From positions 14,694,001-14,758,000 of the forward strand of contig OZ316776.1 of NCBI GenBank assembly GCA_973851085.1: 64,000 bases of DNA. Reading direction: 5' to 3'. How positions within the stretch are numbered: position 1 is the first letter of the stretch; the number at the start of each line of letters is the position of its first letter. A program made the position numbers and the translations under genes. This DNA comes from Ptychomitrium polyphyllum (lineage: Eukaryota). Shown piece after piece: positions 39,876-52,792 of this stretch. The notes beneath the pieces were generated by a model. It ran no database searches and was not told where the DNA came from. It was given only the letters and a program-made list of their open reading frames with translations.

Positions 39876-41020
39876 TGTCGCGCACCTCGCCTTGAGGAGT
39901 GCCCGCAACACTAAGGGCACAAGGGGGACCCCGAAGTGACGTCTGGAACTTGTGGCGCCAATAGTGAGGAGAACCGAGTGGGCCTAACATGGGAAGGACC
40001 CCTAGGGGGAGAAACATCCTTGCCCATGTACACCGAGGGCCACAAGGGAAAAATCATGGGCATTAAAGGAATCATGAAGAGCTGATTCTAGAATGCTAAG
40101 GATTGCCCAAATCGGACATGGGAGCTAAAAGTTATGGCACCCCAAAGTTGGGGTTGCCAAGGGGCTGTTCTGGAGTGTGGCAGCCCTACACAGTGACTGT
40201 GCTGGAGTGGAACAGTCCAGGGAGGGACTCCCCGGGAGTCCCGAACCTTGGGAGAGGCGTATCTCCCATAATACTCACCCAAATTGGACGTTTGAGGAGT
40301 CTATCGGCATCTACGCAAAGAGTAGATGACGATAAAGTGGTCGCTCAATACATTTGGGCACCAAATGAGGAAGATATGGCGCCCTGAAGGTCCGCTGGGA
40401 GTCCCGGAGGCTTCTAGCGGCTAAGTCCCAAGGGGGATCGGGTGGTCTTCCAAAACTCTAGGTGTGTCGGGGTTCAGCTAGTTCCAGAGGGCCAGGGGGC
40501 CTGCCGAATCCCACAAAGAGTACTATAAGGGAGGGCTGGTTCCCCTCTCCACTCTCCTAGTGTCCCGGTAGAGACCAAGGGTGAGTCCCGGTTGGTGGAG
40601 CTAGTGTTGGGGCTTCACCACGAAGACTCCCACACCATTGTGAGCCGGTGGACGGCCGATTTCACAAAGGGAACTAGCACGTTTAAAAGGGTATGCTTGT
40701 TACCACTAAATTGGAGTAGTATCTTCACGCCGGCACCATGATGGCCCGGGGTGATCTTAGGATCACTTGGGCATCATGAGTGGTGGTGAGGAGACACCAC
40801 TAAGTGCGGTTAGGCCGTGTGGAATGGGAGTAACACCAAGTGAGGCCTTGAACATGAATAAAAGTCTGCACCTAACCATTGGTTTCTAATAAATTGGGTG
40901 TCCTAAGAAAAATGGTAGAAGGACTTGGAAAGTGAGAATGAGGGTTAACTATGTACATGAGGGGGTGTACAAGGTTGACGCCCGTGACGCTTGCTAAGGT
41001 GCATTGCAAGGGTGGCGACA
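39876..41020. mobile_element. Family B solo LTR (duplicate copy across the gap)
   Basis: Identical to 37326-38470, with the same CAGAG TSD. Confidence 0.85.
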
Positions 41021-44000
41021 CAGAGCCAAAGATCAGCATGCCAGACAAGTTCAATGAATCAAGAATAAGTTGAGAGGCTCCGTTCAACGAGTAAGGTTCT
41101 TCCTGAGTTTGCATCAATCTCCCTATCCTGATGGCACAATTCAAGTAGGATTTGTGGCCACTCTTTTATCAAACAATGCACTATTGCAGTTTGCACCCTT
41201 AATTGAGAAGCAGTCACCATTATTGAACAACTTAGATGCTTTCATAGAAGCATTGTGTCTACCTTTGGAAACACCGACCAAGAGAGGGTGGCTTAAATAA
41301 GGATCCAAAGTCTACAACAAGGACAACGCTCAGCTGCTACATATGTTGCAAAGTTTCAACAATTAGCTTGCGACTTTGATTGGAATGATAAGGCCTTGGT
41401 AACACGATTCCGGTAGAGCTTAAGAGAGAATGTGAAGGATTTGCTACTCACAATGCCAAGAGTTGAAACATTGAACGAATTCATCACTCAAGCAATAACA
41501 TATGACAATAGACTATTTTAGAGACGCCAAGAACAACGCTTGGAATGGCGACCAGTACATCAAAGCATGGCTACCACTTCTTCAAGAGTATCAGAAAGAT
41601 GACCACAAGGACCAAAACCTATGCAAATTGATGCTGCTTAGTTTAGACGTTTGACTCCAAGAAAAGAAGAAAGGCGTCAAAGAGAAAACCTATGTTTGTA
41701 TTGTGGCAAGTCTGGACATAAAGTGTGCAATTGCCAAATCAAAGGATCTGCCTTTAAGGTTCAAAGCACAATGGTGGAGTTGAAAAACGAGGCTGACAAG
41801 TCACAGTAGGGACCATGCGACTGGACACCACAAGGAAACAACCATCAAATCAAGGTCCCTTACTACCTTCAAGTCCTACCTCTAGCTTTACATTTTGTAT
41901 CAAAATTAAATTATTAGATGATGAAATAGTTAGTGAGGCTCTTTTAGACACTAGTGCAACGGCATATTTCATGGACAAGGATTTTGCAACCAAACATCAC
42001 ATGGTGTTTGTGAATAAAAAATACCCCGCACCTGTTGAAGTTATTGATGGACGATCTCTTGCGTCTGGTAATGTTATTGAAGAAACTCAACCACTGGAGG
42101 TTGTTTTAGGAGACCAGGCATCTAAAATTGTTTTCAACATCATTCAGTGCCGAACGAATCCTATTTTTTTGGGCCTTCCTTGATTTAAATTACATAATCC
42201 AGACATTGATTGGCGCTCACGGAGTGTAGTCTCAAGGAAAAGACGTCAAGGTACGAGAAATCTTGGACCATCATTTATTGGAGCTAAGGCATTTATAAGA
42301 ACGGCAAAGGATGAACCAATCTATGCCGTTTATGCCACGCCAATGTCTAGCTCAACAATAGAGACTAATCAAAACATACCTCGTCAATATCAAGATTATA
42401 AAGACGTTTTTGAGAAGAAGAATGCGGACATGTTACCAAAGCACCGACCTTACGATTATACCATTGAATTGCAAGAAGGAGCCCAACCACCTTTTGGACC
42501 TATTTATAACTTATCACAAACCGAGTTGGCTGCCTTGAGAGAATATATTGATGAAAACCTTGGAAAGGGTTTCATTCAACACTCTAAATCACCAGCTGGA
42601 GCACCCATTCTATTTGTAAAGAAGAAAGATGGATCATTACGTATGTGCGTGGACTATTGAGGCCTCAATAAAGTAACAAAAAAGAATTGCTATCCATTAC
42701 CATTAATCTTAGGACTCCTACAACAACTTGGCCAAGCAAAGATATTCACCAAAATTGATCTTAGAGGAGCCTACAATCTTGTACGCATCAAAGAAGGAGA
42801 CGAATAGAAGACAGCTTTTCGATCTAGGTATGGTCATTTTGAATACAATGTCATGCCTTTTGGCCTTATTAATGCCCCTGCAGTCTTCCAATACATGATG
42901 AATGATATCTTCCATGAACATTTGGACAATTTTGTAGTCATCTACTTGGATGACATTTTGATATATTTAAAGGATGAACAAGACTACAAATGTCATGTAC
43001 GACTGGTTTTAGAAAAAAACTATGCCAGCGAGGATTATATGCCAAATTGGAGAAGTATCTTTTCCATGAATCATCGGTTGAATTTTTAGGCTACATCATT
43101 TCCAAAGGAGGAATCCATATGGATAAAAAGAAAATAAACACTGTCATGGAGTGGAGTACGCCAAGATCAATTCAAGATGTTCAATGCTTCATGGGATTTG
43201 CAAACTTCTACAGGATATTCATCAAGGATTATTCCAAGATTGTAGCACCATTAACACGTCTTACGGGGAAGCAAAAATTCACTTGGAATGAAGAGGCGGA
43301 AAAAGCATTTCAAAGTCTTAAGAAGTCATTCACGTCGGCTCCAATCTTTATTCATCAAAATCCATCAAAGCCTTTTTATTTGGAAGCGGATGCCTCAGAT
43401 TTTGCACTCCGCTCAGTACTCTCACAATATGATGAAGACGGGAGACTTCACCCTCTTGCCTTTTGTTCAAGGAGGTTCTCAGCGGTAGAGATCAATTATG
43501 ATATCTATGATAAAGAACTACTTGTAGTTGTGGATGTATTTGAAGAATGGCGACACTTGTTGGAAGGAGCTCAACATACCATTACAATATACACAGACCA
43601 CAAGAACTTGGAGTATTTCATGAGTGTGCGTGTTTTGAATCGTCGTCAAACAAGGTGGAGTATGTCGCTTTCCAGATTTGACTTTGTCATTACCTATCGA
43701 CCTGGTAGCCTACAAGGTAAGCCAGATGCCTTTGTGCAAAGATCTTAATTAGCCCCTCAACATGGAGATGATATTTTGGATCAACAAGGGACTATTTTAT
43801 TGAAGCCAAAGAATTTTCAATTGAAAGCAGTGATTATTACTACAACATCCCATCTTGACGAAATTCATAAGGCTTTGAAGAATAATATCTTTGTCTAAAA
43901 TATGAAGAAGCGCCTCAAAGACAATCGAGATCCTTCAAATAGCGATGAGGACTTTGAATTCTAAGAGGGCCTACTTTATTATAAAAGACTTTTGTACCTA

Positions 44001-47000
44001 CTTCTAGGCCCTTTGCGGTTGAAGGTCCTTCAAGCACGTCATGGTTTTCCAACTGCAGGACATTTTGGATTCAGTAAAACAATGGAGTTGATTGCTAGAG
44101 ACTATTGGTGGCCACAAATGTGGAAGTACGTGAAGGACTTTATTCCATCATGCAACACTTGTACAAGTGCCAAGGTGCCAAGACACCAACCTCATGGTCT
44201 CCTCCATCCGCTTCCAGTGCCAAAGGGTCCATGGTTGTCTTTGTCGATGGATTTTATCACGGACCTTCCAAACTCCGATTCTAAGGATTCTATTTTGGTA
44301 GTGGTGGATCGATTTACCAAAATGGCACATTTCATTTCATGCAACAAGACGGTAACGGAAGAAGAAACTGCCAAGTTGTTCCTAAATCACGTCTATCGCA
44401 TACATGAACTACCAGATGATATTGTATCCGATGGGGGCCGCAATTCATTTCCAACTTTTGGAGGGCCCTATTCCAGCTGTTGTGTGTAAAGATCAATCTT
44501 TTTTCAGCACACCATCCGCAAACTGATGGCCAAACCGAACGCGTGAATCAAATTTTGGAACAGTACCTTCATTGTAGCATAAACTACCAGCAAGACAACT
44601 GGATGGACCTCTTGCCTTTGACAGAGTTTGCTTACAAAAATACGGTGCATTCTTCAACAACTCAAAGTCCATTCTTTGCAAACTATGGCCATCATCCTCG
44701 AGCAGATCCATTTCAAGTGGAGCATGTTGGAAGTCTTGCAGCAAAGGATTTTGCAATTCAACTTGCTAAAATCCATCAAGAAATTACCTTCCAGTTACAA
44801 CAAGCTCAAGATCGTTATAAAACTTATGCAGATCGCCATCGAAAGGACCATCTAAAGTTCAAGGTTGGAGATAGCGTATGGCTCCTACGACGAAATATAC
44901 AAACAAAAAGACCATCAAAGAAGTTGGACTATCAAAGATTGGGACCGTTTGAAATCAACAAACAGATAAATCCGGTTAGTTATCGCCTAAAGCTACCACC
45001 AAGCATGCAAATTCATCTAGTATTCCACATATCGTTGTTGGAAACCTATAACAAATCATGTATACTAGAGAGAATTGCCCCTCCGCCTCCTCTGTTGGAA
45101 ATCAATAATGAAATTGAATATGAAGTGGAAGAGATCTTAGATTCACGCATCAAGAACGGACGTGTGGAGTATTTTATATATTGGCAAAGATATGGCATCA
45201 ATGACCGAATATGGGAACCTTCAACGAATGTAACAAATGCATCCGAGAAGGTACGCAAATTTCATCAAAGATATCCTCAGAAACCAGGTCAGTGATGATG
45301 TGTCATTAATAGCCGTTAGCTTCACCGAGAAGTTTTTCCTTCATAGATAAGTATAAGAAGGGAGGAGAGATTTCCAAACCTTCAATTGTATGCAGTATTA
45401 TTTCCAAGATAGATCATTTTTAGATCCTAGTTAGTATGTCAAATCTTCGTGTTATCATGGATATACATGAAGAGCAATCGGCCATGCCTTGATCAACAAC
45501 AACATCTGTTGAGCCAACTCAACTTTCTCAGCTTTTAATAACGGAGGATCTAAGCCAAGATATGAGAGGGACATTTCAGCGTCGAGTACAACCTCGTGCA
45601 GAAGTATTGGCGAGTCGCCCTTTACATTCCAGTCTTGATTTAGATGCTCATGCTCTAGTCATCTTGTTAGAAATTGGAAGGGTCACTCCTGGAGGACCCG
45701 AGATCTTATTTGGAGGATGTTTTGAAGGACTTAATCAAGATCAGATCTTGGAATGGGACATTTCAACAACAAAAGTCTTGACTGGTGGTCATCGGCGTTT
45801 CTTGCAAGGACCAGTTGAACTAGTGAATAAAGAAGAACGAGCAGAGTATGTTGCTTCACTCCTTCGACAAATTTTGGAATTTGTAGAAATGTGACAAGCA
45901 AGCCAAGAAAACAACTCCTCATGCGACTCGTTGCTAAATGGGGAGGTGACGTCACGGACATAGATCATGCAACATAGTCCTTAGAACATTCTAGAACCTT
46001 CTAGTATATTATAATAGCTTATTAGAATACTTTTAAATGTCTCCATAGCCTGTTTTTTGTTTTTAGGAAGCTTCCTAGGAAAGTTCTTCCACCTTAGGAA
46101 ACTTCCTAGGAAGGCTCCATCATCTTAGGTAACTTCTTTGAAAAATTCTTACAAAGATTCCATAACTTTAGGAATCTTCCTTGGATGATTTCAAGAGCTT
46201 AGGGTTTTTATTATGAGTGCTTTTTGACTTTTAGAACATTCTTAAGCCTTGTTGGAAGCTTTTTCAGATGTATATTATGGAGTTTTTATGTCATAATATA
46301 AATTGGAGGCATGACAAGGTATGCCTTAGTGTTGCCAACACAAGTTGTGGGTTAGTTTGAAGCCTGCTTTGTACTAGTCTTTGTATCAAGTTCTTGTTAA
46401 TCATGAGCTGCTTGGAATCTAATTTCTTTAAATTACTTTGTTTCTGCTTCCATTTTTTTGTGTTCCCAACAGTTTAAGAAAACTACTCTTCATCTTTGTG
46501 AAAGCTAAGGTTTTTTGAATGAGATTGTCGATTACTCATCATCTTTAGAATTTCATAGCGTCTTAGAGGTTGCGGATTACCCTCCTCTAAGCTACACCAT
46601 AAGAGTTCGTTTCTTCTTCTAGAACCAAATATTAGTTATTTCAAAGGACATAGATTTTCCTCTTTTGAAAGTACTCATAGTCTTCTTGTCTTTGACAATC
46701 TTAAGAAATGGATAACGTGCCTAGAACATTAGAGAATAGGTTTGCAAGTATTGCAAACCTTCAAGTGATATTAAACACAATTTAAACAAAACTCGCCCGC
46801 GTCAAGATCACCAACAATTTGGAGCAACACACTCGGCAAGCTGAAGAATCCAATGGTAATATTCAAAGTATATTTCAAGAGGTTGTTCAATTACGAGAGG
46901 CCAATATTGAAAGAGAAGGCTTACTTTGAATCCATGGAGAGCCAAAGATTAGCATGCCAGACAATGTTAGAGATACAAGAAATAAGATGCAAAATCAAAG

Positions 47001-47516
47001 GGTTATCTAAGAATTATCTTCCAAAGAGCTCATGATTAACAAAAACTTGATACAAAGACTAGAACAAGGCAGGATTCAAGATGATCCACAACTTGTGTTG
47101 GCAAGACTAAGGAATACCTTGTCTTGCCTCCTATTTATATTATGACGTTTGTATCTTCTAGGATACTTCTAAAAAAGATTCCTACAAGGCTTAAGAATGT
47201 TCTAGAAGTCTAGGGAACCTTTCCAAGAAGTTTCCTAAGATGTTGGAACCTTCCTAAGTAGCTTCCAAGGAATTGGAACCTTCCATGGAAGTTTCTTAAG
47301 GTGATGGAATCTTTGTAGGAATTTTCTAAGAAGTTACTTGAGATGATAGAGCCTTCCTAGGAAGTTTCCTAAGGTGGAGGAATTTTCCTAGGAAGCTTTC
47401 TAAAAACGAAAAAAAGGCTATGGAGACATTTAAAAGTATTCTAAGAAACTATTATATTATATTAGAAGGATCTAGAATGTTCTAAGGACTATGTTGTATG
47501 ATTTATGTCCGTAACA

Positions 47517-48336
47517 CCTGTCTTTTGATGTCACTGATAAGCTAGCAATATTAAGACAAATAAACTTTGTGAATGAAGGAAAAAAAAAAAAAAAAAAACT
47601 TAATTTGGAAGGAGGTAATCCACTTTTATGAAGGATCTTTTATATCTTCAAGAAGAATAACTACATACTTAAGACCGTCAAAGATAAGAAAGACTATTAA
47701 TATCTTTAAAAGAAAAAAATCCGCGTCCTTTGAAAGATTAATCTTTCTTCAAAACAAATTGTACTTGCTTTTAAAAGGAGAAATTTATTTATGGAGTCAG
47801 TTTAGAGAAGGATAATTTGCAACTTTGAAAATGCTTTAGGATCTTAAAGAAGATGAAAAATTTACTATCTTCATAAAAAAAATCATTCCTTTGACAAAGA
47901 TAAGGAATAGTCTTACTAAAATGTTAAAGACTCAAGAAACAAAAAGCAAATACAAAGTTATTCTTAAAAATTGGCTTCCAAAGATCTAATGATTGATACA
48001 AATTGATACAAAGTCTAAAACAAGGATATTATTTAATACAATCCACAACTTGTGTTGGCAAGACAAAGGTATATCTTGTCTTTCTTCCTATTTATACTTT
48101 GACGTTTTTATTTCCTATAATACTTCTAAAGAAGCTTCATATTAAGCTCAAGAATATTCTAGAAATCTATAAAATCTTCTTAAGAAGTTTTTCAAGGAAG
48201 TGGAACCTTTTTAAGAAATTTTCCAAGGATTGGAATGGCTTAGAAGCATTGAAAGTATTTTAAGAAGCTATTATAATGTACAAGAAGGTTCTAGAAAATT
48301 CTAAAGATTATATTACATGATCTATGTCCATGATAC
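47517..48336 (-). mobile_element. Old family A 5' UTR and degenerate 5' LTR (~47922-48336)
   Basis: Reverse similarity to the family A UTR/LTR; continuation of the 30030-30655 host. Confidence 0.7.
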
Positions 48337-49649
48337 CAACTACAACTTTGAAAAATTGATTGCTTAAACTTCATTGGCTAATAAAATATGTTTATTTATT
48401 GCAAACTACAACAGCAACGGATATAATTATAAGGTGAATCATCTTGAGAATCATAAAGATACTTTCCAGTAGTGTACTTGAAGTAGAAGGCCATGATAAC
48501 TACATGCAGAAAGTCCATCCTAAAAATTGCGCATAGTACCAATTATTAAATACTGATGGTAGGTTGATCAAAATTTAACTTCTATTCTATCTAACTTGAA
48601 GTGTTTTTAGACAATTTGAAGTGTTTTTAGACAAAGATAATTTTTTTGATTTGATGAATATGTGTGCTTATGTATTTATTCCACCTTGTGTGTACAAATT
48701 ATGATTTAATGCATGAAACTTTGCTTAATACAAAATTTGTGGTGTGTCTTTGAAAAAATAAATGTTTCTTGTTATGCTATATTATTGTATCACATTAAAA
48801 TGTTTTGATATGTATCTATCACCTAATGAGCTACTTAATTAATCTTCCGTTCTATTCAAATATTCTTTTAAATTAAATAACAAATCTTTTTTATATTGGC
48901 TAATTCTTAATTTAATCTAATCATGAATACTTTAAAAAGTCTAATAAAGTTAAATTTTACAATAATAAAGTTTTAACAAGTTGTGGTGTATTTCTTTCTA
49001 ACTCACATTCTTTGCATCAACTTTCCTTCAAACATGAGTTACGTACACTTTCATGTCTCAAAGTTCATATATTATATATATATAATTTTCTTTTAAATAT
49101 GAAAAATTTGTATTATAAGCTAGTCTATGAATTTGATAGTTGAAACCACAATAAGGACTAAGTATTGAACCTTCAAAGTCTATTTGCTTTACTCAAATTC
49201 TAAACATTGAATAAAAAATCTTTCCAATAATTTACAAAGGATCAAAATCTACAATCCAAAATCTACAACTTTTATAATTAAAGTAGAAAATAATTAATTT
49301 GCACTTTATACATTTCTTTATTTTTTCAAGACTACTTCAATATCGACAACCTTTGAAAGACAATATTACACTTTCAAACCTTACATTGATTATAACACCT
49401 CACAATTATCAATATAAGAATGCCTCCTTAAATATTATTCTTATAAATGTCCTTCTTTATTTTCCCTAAGTTCAATTTTTCTATATTCCCACAATAAGTT
49501 TAATGGATTCTCATGTTTCTATAGAAAGTTCCTTGTTTCTACAAAAAACTTTGGTGTTTCCAAAACAACCTATTTAACTTAAAAACATCATTAGACTTTT
49601 AATCTACTTGTTAATAAATCCATATTGTTGATTAATAATGCACATGCAC

Positions 49650-49655
49650 ATATAC

Positions 49656-49707
<52 letters not shown>

Positions 49708-49712
49708 ATGTA
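49650..49712. repeat. Compound microsatellite (AT)n(GT)n(ATGT)n
   Basis: Direct reading. Confidence 0.9.
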
Positions 49713-51432
49713 TACCATTGCAGCAAACATAAAAAAGCAACAAGATGGCCTCTTGGACAGAGTTGGCCAGATGAGCCTATGGCCCTTTTTTATCTAGAAT
49801 TGACCTTGCTTTGTTTTAAAATTGAGTTGGAGTTCTTTGCATTAAGTCCAATTGAATTGGTAAAGAAAATTTCTTCAAGGCCCTTGTGCAATCTTTTGAA
49901 AGAAAATTCTCTTTAATTTTTAATCCATATTTAATATTACTTAAATAATACTATAAAATGATATATTTATGTCAAATATAGTTTGGACCTTTAATTGAAA
50001 TTTTATGCCAAAAAATAAGTTGCAGCTTAATATACTTCCTTTGAAATTTTATTGTTTGTATTTAAAATCTTCAATGTAAAGATGAAGGAACTCAATTCCA
50101 AAATAGTGGCATTGAATGAAGTTTTCTTTCATGCTTTACCTTAAACTTATGTCTATTGGATGTAGCATAGGAATGCAATTGTTTTTTTCTTAATTAGATG
50201 TAGACCCTCTCTGACCTGTTCAAATCTTAAAATTTGATATAAAAAAAACTCAATGGAAAGAAGAACAAATTTTTTAGTTGATTACTAAATGTTAGGTCCA
50301 ATATATTTTTCTTATGGACATTCTCACATTTTTATTATCCACCTTTAAAATTGGAAAACAAAGATGGAAGATTGTCCATTGAATGCACCACATATTATAC
50401 TTCAATATTATGAAAGAAAATGATGCAAATATTGATAATTTGTCAAATTTTAAATTACTACAGTAGGTTTTTAATGCTTTTTTTTTATGTAATAGATTTG
50501 GAAAAAAAATATATATGCATATTAGAAAAATGATTTTTATGAAATTTTTAATATATTTTAGACTACAAATTAATTGGAGGATGCCCTATAAGTATGGCTA
50601 CAATTTATAAAGACCATTGTCACTTTGCTAATGACATTGACATCCAAAATTTGAAGCCACAATTCATTAAAATGGAAGCCTATTTCTATAATCTTAGTTG
50701 TTCAAATTTTCAAATTAGAATTTAACAAAATTTTATGATTAATTTCATATTTAGCAAGATTTTTGAAAATTTCTTTTGTTTATGCAAAAAACATATATAG
50801 TATTAAGATGACTTAAAAAAGAAATTAGACCTTTACTACTTTTTTTTAAGGTTGGTTGCATTAAGCTTAATAAATTGTACATTAATTTTTCATATAAACA
50901 ACATTATACAAACTAAAATTAAAAAAAAGTCTATTATGAATTGGAATAACATTGATGCATTGTAGATTGTATTATTAAATTTCACAACTTTACAAGATTT
51001 TCCATTGACATCATTTATATCTTTAGCATTGATTTAATCATTCATGATCTCATAGTCATTCTTAAAAAGCTTTTACAAATTTGCACATGGTTTTTAATGT
51101 AGATGGAATGGAACACTTTATTGTATTTAAAATTTGTATCAATATTAGATGAGATTCATCAATATTATTCAATTATGTGATAAGTGAAGAAATTTAATTG
51201 TTGTCATATACTTTATGACAATCATGTTATAAAAGAAGCTCTGAATTAAAAAAAGTGGTCATTAAGAATTGTATTGAACTGCTTAGGTTGTCTAATTTAG
51301 AGTTGTAGTAGCAAAATTAGACCATACATGATTAGTAAACAAATTGTATTTATATGTATATTTATATGTACTTACATATACACATGTGCATGCATGTGTA
51401 CATACATATGCACCATAATATACATACTAGGT

Positions 51433-51537
51433 CCACGAAAAAAAGTTAATAATTCCTCACCACAGAAAAAGGTTAGTAATTCCTCACCATGAAAAAAGGT
51501 TAGTAATTCCTCACCACAGAAAAAGGTTAGTAATTCC
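51433..51537. repeat. 27-bp minisatellite, ~4 copies
   Basis: Unit CACAGAAAAAGGTTAGTAATTCCTCAC starting at 51434, 51461, 51488 and 51515. Confidence 0.9.
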
Positions 51538-52792
51538 CGCTTAGATCCTGGACTATGTAGTCTGTAATGCGTATTTGGAGAAGGGCTACAAAGTTTGGAG
51601 AAGCATTAAAATTGCTCATGAGCTTGAAACATGGGTTATGGGAGTTAACTCATCTTGCTCACATCCAATCAGACTGGAACTACAGAGACACCGATTGATG
51701 AAGATCAGTAACTTGGAATTATGAGGTGCTGAAGGAGAATAATCTTCGTGTACGCAATCTACTGGACCCGGCGTTTGTTTCTTCCTTTTCTTAAAACATA
51801 CCAAACTACATTTTATTGCAAGAAGAAAAAAAGCACTGCCAGAGCCCGTTTTGTGAAGGAAAGAGACTAACAAGCCCACCCTCTACTAAACTCAGAACTA
51901 ACCAACCAAACCCAGTGAATTTTCATCCTGTCCTAGTGAATTCTCTGTGTCGGGGTCCCAAGAAGTAACCTCACAGTTATTCCGGTTGAAGAGATATTTT
52001 GAATTAATGAGCAGTTGTCATCAACAACCGCGTCGAATCGTCATGGCTTCGTTACAAGTTTCTGTCACATCGGTCTGGTGACTGCATTGGCGTTCCGTGA
52101 AACATTCAACAGCAGACCCATGTCAAACGCTAAAGCCCCTGCCCTGTAGAGACCATAAGCACCCAATTACGGAGTCAGTTCCGGGTTACGCATTCTGACA
52201 CACTAGACTCAATCTCATGTCAGTTGCTAAATCAGTCGCCGTTTGTCCCTGATTGCTCGGGCCTGCCTTTGCAATCCATGCTAATCGGAGCTAGTTGGAA
52301 GCCATTTGAACTCACCATTTGAACTCACTGATGATTGATGAGCACCGCCCTATGAATCCGGCCTGCTAGAGGTACTTGGCAGGCCTAGCTCTGATACTTC
52401 TGTCTTGCCAGCAAGGGATCGTTTATATCTTCTCATGCACCAGCTCACATTGAGAATCACGAGACTCCTTCCTTAGTCTATTCTGAAGGCAATGAGCTGA
52501 ACCCAGCTCAGACTCCGCGTAGAGTAAATCGTTTAAGACCAGCATTGCTTCAGTTGGTGCATTAGGGCATGAGTCCAGGTTAAGTTTGACTGGAACTTAG
52601 GTCCCCTGTTTTTGGTTGTGGAGTTTTGCTTCTTGGTGATTGCTCTATAGTGGAGCGGATTGTTTAATTCTTCGTGTACAGATTTTGATGCGAGAGGGAG
52701 ATCCGAACTTAAGGCTGGCTGTACGGGGAGTAGTTTGAACCTGATAGCCGATCTGCGAGTACAATCCGCACTCGGTAGACGCAACGGCTTAT

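Larger units (their letters stand above)
36124..41124 (+). repeat. Direct duplication of 36124-38574 at 38675-41124 flanking the gap (probable contig-overlap artefact)
   Basis: Identical ORF sets offset by 2550; only a 1-nt difference noticed (TTTGGTAC vs TTTGTAC). Confidence 0.9.
31120..46130. repeat. ~5 kb near-perfect inverted repeat (arms ~31120-36200 and ~41050-46130)
   Basis: Mirror ORF coordinates sum to 77251 (e.g. 31956-32771 vs 44480-45295); translations are identical except a few residues (KIVTP/KIVAP, TKKP/TKRP, GTTQ/GTIQ). Confidence 0.95.
36209..46471 (+). mobile_element. Family A element Z (5' LTR ~36209-36854, gag with family B solo LTR, pol, LTR 45950-46471); 5' 2.45 kb appears twice around the gap
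   Basis: gag/PR/RT/RH/IN/chromodomain fragments at 41070-45295, ORF3 remnant at 45562-45894, PPT before 45950. Confidence 0.85.
30656..47516 (-). mobile_element. Family A element Y: 3' LTR 30656-31301, internal 31302-36208, interrupted in gag by element Z; 5' part inverted; distal LTR 46965-47516
   Basis: Minus-strand pol/gag ORF fragments at 31956-36220 and PPT next to the LTR. Flanks CCTCT (30651-30655) and CCTGT (47517-47521) form a one-mismatch TSD. Confidence 0.75.

Noticed and set aside
51433..51537. CRISPR-like array
   Set aside because: Units are head-to-tail with no unique spacers, there are no cas genes, and the context is eukaryotic.
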